Below, one piece after another: positions 61,201 through 64,000 of a stretch of 64,000 nucleotides of DNA. Where the stretch lies: assembly GCA_051294905.1 (NCBI GenBank), contig CM119373.1:498001-562000 (forward strand), in the 5' to 3' direction. The DNA comes from Botryllus schlosseri. Its lineage: Eukaryota. Position 1 is the first letter of the stretch; every line of letters starts with the position of its first letter. The notes beneath the pieces are model-generated. The model did not search any database. It was given only the letters and a program-made list of their open reading frames with translations, and was not told where the DNA came from. A program made the position numbers and the translations under genes.

Positions 61201-63835
61201 TTTATTTCATGTACAAGTGTAGCAAGCAGCTCGAATGAATGAGTTAGGGTTTCGAAAATTCGCCTTAAACTAGATGTAGTATCTTATGACTATTGGCCAA
61301 ATATATTGGCCTCTAATATTAATACAGAGCATGCATTAATTTAACGCCTACTTTGCAGCTTTGGTAGAGTTTATAAACACAGTTTCCATTCCCTCGATAT
61401 TGTCACGGAATTCAGCAGCTAACGTTTCGTGTTCCTTCGTCATTTCCGAAAAGCCTTCTTTCAGACCCAGCAGGGCTGCAGAAATACCTTTGCAATGCCT
61501 GGAAACGCGCTCCTTGTGCAGGACAAGCTCGGCTGGTAAAATCAAAGGGAAGAGATTTCAAAAAATAAGTCAATAGATTTGGGTTTGTACATTTTGTAAA
61601 AACTGCTGATTTAGTCAGTTGGCAGTCATTTAACCACTGTTTTTTGAGTAGTTCTATTACTAGTTGCATATTTTCAGAAAGTGAGCAGTTCTGATTCTAG
61701 TTTTGGATATTAAAAAGCGAGTAGTTGTAGTTTTAGTTGTGAGTTTTGAAAATGAGTAGTTCTAGTAGGCTACTAGTTGTAATAGCTAGTTTTAAAAAAT
61801 GATAAGTTCTAGTTGTAATTGTGGTTTTGAAAAGTGAATGTTCTAGTTCTAGTTCTAGATGAGAGTTTTGTAAAGCAAATAGTTCTAATTCCACTGGCTA
61901 GTTCTGAAAAGTGACTAGCTGTAGTTCTAGTGGCGGCTTTTGTAAAGCGAGTAGTTCTAGTTCTAGTTCTAGTTCTAATTGCGAGTTTTGAAAAGTGAAT
62001 AGTTCTAGCTCTAGTTACGACTATTGTAATATGAGTAGTTGTGGTTCTGGTTCTAGTTCTAGTCCCGAGTTTTGAGAAGTGAGTACCAGTAATTCTAGTT
62101 GTAATTGCTAGCTCTAAAAAATGATTAGTTCTAGTTGTAATTGTGGTTTCGAAAAGTGAGTAATTCTAGTTCTAGTTGCAGCTTTGGAAAAGAGAGTTCT
62201 AGTTCTGGCTGCGAATTTACAAAAGTGAAAAGATCTAGTTCTAGTTGGGACTATTGTAAGGTGAGTAGCTCTAGTTCTAGTTGCTAGTTTTAAAAAAGTG
62301 AGTAGTTGTAGTTCTAGCAATTTGAAAATCCAATAGTTTATCAAAGTCAGATTCCAGTGAGTATTACAATGAATGCAAATGTCACCTGCTCTCACGTTGC
62401 GCACGTCAACTTCGATACGTTTCGCTCTAGGCTGATGAAGGTGTTTCCGCAGGTCGAGTTCCGAGGCGAGTTCTTCTCGTTTATCGCGCGACAAATCTTC
62501 CGCCTTGTTGATAATCTGCTGGCTCCACAGCTCCAGATGTTCCAGGAATTGCAAGCGAATGCTGAACGAAATGCAGATGGATTTGAAAGCTGAGATGCGC
62601 ATCAAAAAGATATCGTTTTTAATAAATATCTTGTACGGTAGGCCTAACGATGGCTACATACAAGCTGAGATTATAATTACGATTTTTTTAATCAAAAAAA
62701 CAGAAGATTTTGACCAAAAAAAATCAAAATTTTTACATATTTTGACTTTAGAAACTTCATTTTGACAAAATTTTGACCTCATGTACGTAAATTAGGTGTT
62801 TTCTCACATAATGTTGGAATTGTACCACTTATCTTCATTTCTGGGTGGAATTGTCTGTCATTACAAAGTGATTTAGCCTGGAAAAACTTTTTTGACTTAA
62901 TACAAACACATTTTTTTATAAAAAAACTTTATTTTAATGAAGAATTCCAGTAGCTACATCACGCATTACGGTACAAATAATAAAATTTTTGTCGTAGCAC
63001 AACGAAAGATACTTTCCTACATTCTCGGGTAGAAAGTGTCTGTCCTTACTAACTAATGAGTAGCTTGCCAAGAATGGAGAAAGAACATTCAACGGCAGCA
63101 GTTGTTGGCTGACAACACTGAAGTTTTGGGTACACAGCTGGTGACAAACCGTGTTGCTTCTTTCTGAAAATGGTGTTTACATCGCAATTTTTCATCATGC
63201 GCTTCTTGATATAAGAACCATGCAATTCCCTCGCAGTCATGCTTCAGTTAGGATATTGCGGTACATTGAGCGTAACGCCATGACAACCTATTTGTTTCAT
63301 TTAACAATTTACGATTCACAATGAGCAGACAATGGGCCGTCTGCAACGGTAGGCCTATAAAGTAGGCTACAACCTGTAATATGTCAAATGATAAGATCTC
63401 CGACAGTGCAAACATCTACGATACAAACGGAATGCAGGTTGCAAATTTTTTTTTACTTTGTACACAATTTTGACAATGTTTTGACCTAAAGCTACGATTT
63501 TGACAATATTTTGACTTATTTTGATATGTCAACAAAAATCGCCCTTATTATAATAAACATACTTCTACAATGGATATTGTGATGAGAGAAATTACAATAG
63601 CACTTTTCCCTCGCACAGTGAAAGAATTCTGGTACAGATATTGTCGGATTTGTTTGAAAAGCTTGGAATGGATATTGTGAAGTGAACAATTTTCATAACA
63701 CTGACCCACGGAACAAAAAGCGAAATGAAAACCCGATAATTTCAGATAAAACTCACTGTTTCTTGTACTCAAACAGCGCTTCCGACGTCATGAATACTCT
63801 GCTGACATGAGACGATAGCTTCTTTTCGCCAGAAT
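19031..63835 (-). CDS. CCDC180: Coiled-coil domain-containing protein 180 (CFAP76-like), 3' portion, 18 coding exons; 5' end outside window
   Basis: 18 exons with GT-AG sites join in one frame (2597 nt including 2 nt of a split codon and the stop). The peptide contains motifs I recognise from CCDC180: [51 protein letters not shown] and C-terminal RWMENWAQSVKNVRELY*. Confidence 0.93.
19270..19975 (-). repeat. TTCTAG-family minisatellite (about 36-42 bp units)
   Basis: gcaactagaactagaactactcacttttcaaaa units. Confidence 0.9.
20041..20205 (-). CDS. CCDC180: CCDC180 exon q (IEVKQEPTSILLRKK...RGPKVWHGL...)
   Basis: TTTCCGCAG| acceptor, |GTACCG donor; phases 1/1. Confidence 0.88.
20502..21057. 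mobile_element. hAT-type MITE with GACTC/GAGTC internal repeats, inserted in the TIR of another hAT end (20488)
   Basis: Ends AGGGTTGTAA...TTACAACCCTG; 8-bp TSD TTCTCAAC; related fragments near 17880, 30290-30470, 36455-36670 and 63950. Confidence 0.85.
21168..22365 (+). mobile_element. hAT (Charlie/Buster-like) deletion derivative with decayed transposase
   Basis: TIR CAG(G/T)GGTTCTCAAC; perfect TSD CTCTAAAA; relic peptides LSDSTVTRRVTAIS and YFSLALDESID. Confidence 0.92.
23050..23295 (-). repeat. TTCTAA-family minisatellite (diverged, inverted)
   Basis: aattagaattatagctacacagttttttccaaa units. Confidence 0.8.
23535..23691 (-). CDS. CCDC180: CCDC180 exon p (EENIVGIH...ITIDDVITG)
   Basis: GCCAG| acceptor, |GTAAG donor; TIDDV motif. 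Confidence 0.9.
23976..24491. mobile_element. Palindromic MITE with ~250-bp arms, 8-bp TSD
   Basis: AGGGCTGTTCAAAAA... long inverted repeat, centre near 24240; TSD CTGTGCAC/CTGTACAC. Confidence 0.9.
24593..24685 (-). CDS. CCDC180: CCDC180 exon o ([14 protein letters not shown]...EETRQ)
   Basis: TTTTCAG| acceptor, |GTTTG donor; LRPTLGHP motif. Confidence 0.92.
24838..25975. mobile_element. hAT MITE (family of 541-1095) with a nested foldback MITE
   Basis: TIR CAGGGGCGGGCAAC; TSD CTGTAGAG/CTGTAGAA. Confidence 0.9.
25143..25707. mobile_element. Palindromic MITE (CATAGTGTCCTATATGG family), degenerate 7-bp TSD
   Basis: Homologous to 27566-28174; ATCGCAT/ATTGCAC flanks; a single ATTTCAC at the uninserted site in the sister element near 876. 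Confidence 0.85.
26065..26580 (+). repeat. TTCTAA-family minisatellite (about 40 bp, diverged)
   Basis: attctaattctaatctaatttggaaaa..tgtgcagttatc units. Confidence 0.9.
26620..26780 (-). CDS. CCDC180: CCDC180 exon n (EFRKQLQELEE...QWSQIK)
   Basis: GGCAG| acceptor, |GTATCG donor; coiled-coil character. Confidence 0.9.
27227..27317 (-). CDS. CCDC180: CCDC180 exon m (DNFEQYG...FHNIALQ)
   Basis: TTTGCAG| acceptor, |GTAAAT donor; phases 0/1. Confidence 0.9.
27566..28174. mobile_element. Palindromic MITE (CATAGTGTCCTATATGG family)
   Basis: TIR CATAGTGTCCTATATGGT; long inverted arms; flanks ATGGTAG/ACAGTAG. Confidence 0.88.
28615..28719 (-). CDS. CCDC180: CCDC180 exon l (IKAILHDTL...FYYKQKGIRSVTRPQHIQ)
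   Basis: TTTTCAG| acceptor, |GTAAAT donor; VTRP motif. Confidence 0.9.
28824..28926 (-). CDS. CCDC180: CCDC180 exon k (RANSSNY...MVFGNERPQGEFFESK)
   Basis: TTTTTTCAG| acceptor, |GTGACC donor. Confidence 0.87.
28975..29750. repeat. TTCTAG-family minisatellite, short inverted segment followed by a long forward segment
   Basis: aactagaact units to about 29060, then agtagttctagttctagttgc units. Confidence 0.9.
29826..29935 (-). CDS. CCDC180: CCDC180 exon j (TGTARLRRGSF...KKEPE)
   Basis: TTCTAG| acceptor, |GTGCGA donor; phases 0/2. Confidence 0.8.
30618..30708 (-). CDS. CCDC180: CCDC180 exon i (TQIVHDQD...STAPSQ)
   Basis: TTTCTTTATCAG| acceptor, |GTATGT donor; bridges phase 2 to phase 0. Confidence 0.78.
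30745..30985 (-). repeat. TTCTAG-family minisatellite with conserved terminus
   Basis: aactagaactact units ending aaaacagtagttaaatgcccgccaac. Confidence 0.85.
31079..31332 (-). CDS. CCDC180: CCDC180 exon h (Ser/Arg/Pro-rich; GSAVDLS...MIKSILR); alternative donor would end the exon at 31067
   Basis: TACAG| acceptor; two phase-2 donor candidates (GTCGGT, GTAATT). Confidence 0.8.
31490..32435 (-). repeat. TTCTAA-family array organised as a ~160-bp higher-order unit (about 6 copies)
   Basis: ccgaagtggcttagacata-like marker recurs near 31610, 31768, 31931, 32091, 32251, 32380. Confidence 0.85.
32475..32591 (-). CDS. CCDC180: CCDC180 exon g (DISTEFLRQY...RADYLNC...APPP)
   Basis: TGTAG| acceptor, |GTAGAA donor; phases 0/0. 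Confidence 0.82.
32690..33790 (+). repeat. TTCTAG-family minisatellite including a near-perfect 120-bp higher-order repeat
   Basis: Lines starting 33481 and 33601 are offset copies; about 3 near-identical 120-bp units. Confidence 0.92.
34023..34206 (-). CDS. CCDC180: CCDC180 exon f (FRNHMIDLMFIERVQ...HPHPDKE)
   Basis: TTTTTCTCGTTAAAG| acceptor, |GTGCGT donor. Confidence 0.9.
34285..36435 (+). repeat. TTCTAG-family minisatellite split by the hAT insertion at 34642-36319
   Basis: Units at 34285-34641 resume at 36320-36435. Confidence 0.85.
34642..36319. mobile_element. Non-autonomous hAT-type element
   Basis: Perfect 16-bp TIR CATAGGCGCTGAACTC; perfect 8-bp TSD AGCACTAG. Confidence 0.95.
36705..36881 (-). 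CDS. CCDC180: CCDC180 exon e ([12 protein letters not shown]...LKFEDR)
   Basis: CGCAG| acceptor, |GTAAG donor; in frame with exon d across the 23.4-kb intron. Confidence 0.92.
36965..37300 (-). repeat. Diverged TTCTAA-family monomers in inverted orientation at the left edge of the satellite
   Basis: tttttccaaattagattacaattagaat...agctacacag units are the reverse complement of the array monomer. Confidence 0.85.
37337..59900. repeat. About 22.5-kb tandem satellite, 43-50 bp monomers (e.g. GTTCTAATTATAATCTAATTTGGACAAAAAAATGTGTTGCTGCA), roughly 490 copies, with higher-order repeats
   Basis: Directly visible uninterrupted array of a few recurring monomer variants, inside the CCDC180 intron 36882-60268. 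Confidence 0.99.
59900..60185 (+). repeat. Diverged TTCTAA-family monomers at the right edge of the satellite
   Basis: ctaatttggaaaaaatgtgtagctatcattctaatt-type units, same orientation as the array. Confidence 0.85.
60269..60415 (-). CDS. CCDC180: CCDC180 exon d (LVELTTSLHGKL...QCLKSFK)
   Basis: CACAG| acceptor, |GTACGA donor; phases 2/2 fit. Confidence 0.9.
61352..61532 (-). CDS. CCDC180: CCDC180 exon c (AELVLHKERVSRHC...STKAAK)
   Basis: ACCAG| acceptor, |GTAGGC donor; phases 1/2 fit. Confidence 0.92.
61615..62340 (+). repeat. TTCTAG-family minisatellite with conserved terminus
   Basis: gttggcagtcatttaaccactgtttttt followed by agtagttctagttctag units. Confidence 0.9.
62386..62561 (-). CDS. 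CCDC180: CCDC180 exon b (IRLQFLEHLELW...DVRNVRA)
   Basis: TTCAG| acceptor, |GTGAC donor; conserved LHQPRA motif. Confidence 0.92.
62660..63555 (-). mobile_element. Decayed hAT element with a C-terminal dimerisation-domain relic
   Basis: LQCCQPTTAAVECSFSILGKLL (PxTxAxVERSFS-like) at about 63050-63130; ATTTTGAC repeats on both sides; termini not resolved. Confidence 0.65.
63757..63835 (-). CDS. CCDC180: CCDC180 exon a (SGEKKLSSHVSRVFMTSEALFEYKK)
   Basis: CACAG| acceptor, |GTGAGT donor; phase 2 joins the next exon. Confidence 0.8.
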
Positions 63836-64000
63836 CTGTGCGATACCACGGACAAGATAAGACAGGGGGTATACAGGGGGTCAAATATAGCCTCCAGAAT
63901 TTGGTGCTTCATCAATTCAATGGAGGGTATAGGCTTTTATAGTAGTTAACAGGCTTGTAATCAAGACGGAGTCACAAGTCAATCTCACTTTCATAATTTT

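Noticed and set aside
63548..63772. 74-aa ORF as an additional exon
   Set aside because: Mostly intronic; exon 63757-63835 splices in frame directly to 62561

Overview
Eukaryotic, AT-rich metazoan genomic DNA. An invertebrate such as a tunicate is plausible but cannot be established from sequence alone. The right two-thirds carry the 3' part of a CCDC180 (CFAP76-like) gene on the minus strand. I reconstructed 18 GT-AG exons by hand, with consistent phases, from 63835 down to the stop at 19031 (about 864 aa; the gene start lies beyond the window). One intron (36882-60268, about 23.4 kb) is almost entirely a homogeneous satellite of 43-50 bp monomers with higher-order structure. Short, diverged arrays of the same family and of a sister (TTCTAG) family occupy many other introns, and some share a conserved non-repeat terminus. 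The first 19 kb is a stack of nested DNA transposons: many hAT elements with verifiable 8-bp TSDs (one inserted into its own family member), P-like palindromic MITEs with 7-bp TSDs, and a THAP-domain remnant. It also holds LINE fragments and a divergent, apparently intronless ING-like ORF. No RNA genes or CRISPR arrays were seen. Coordinates were counted manually; repeat-tract edges are approximate.
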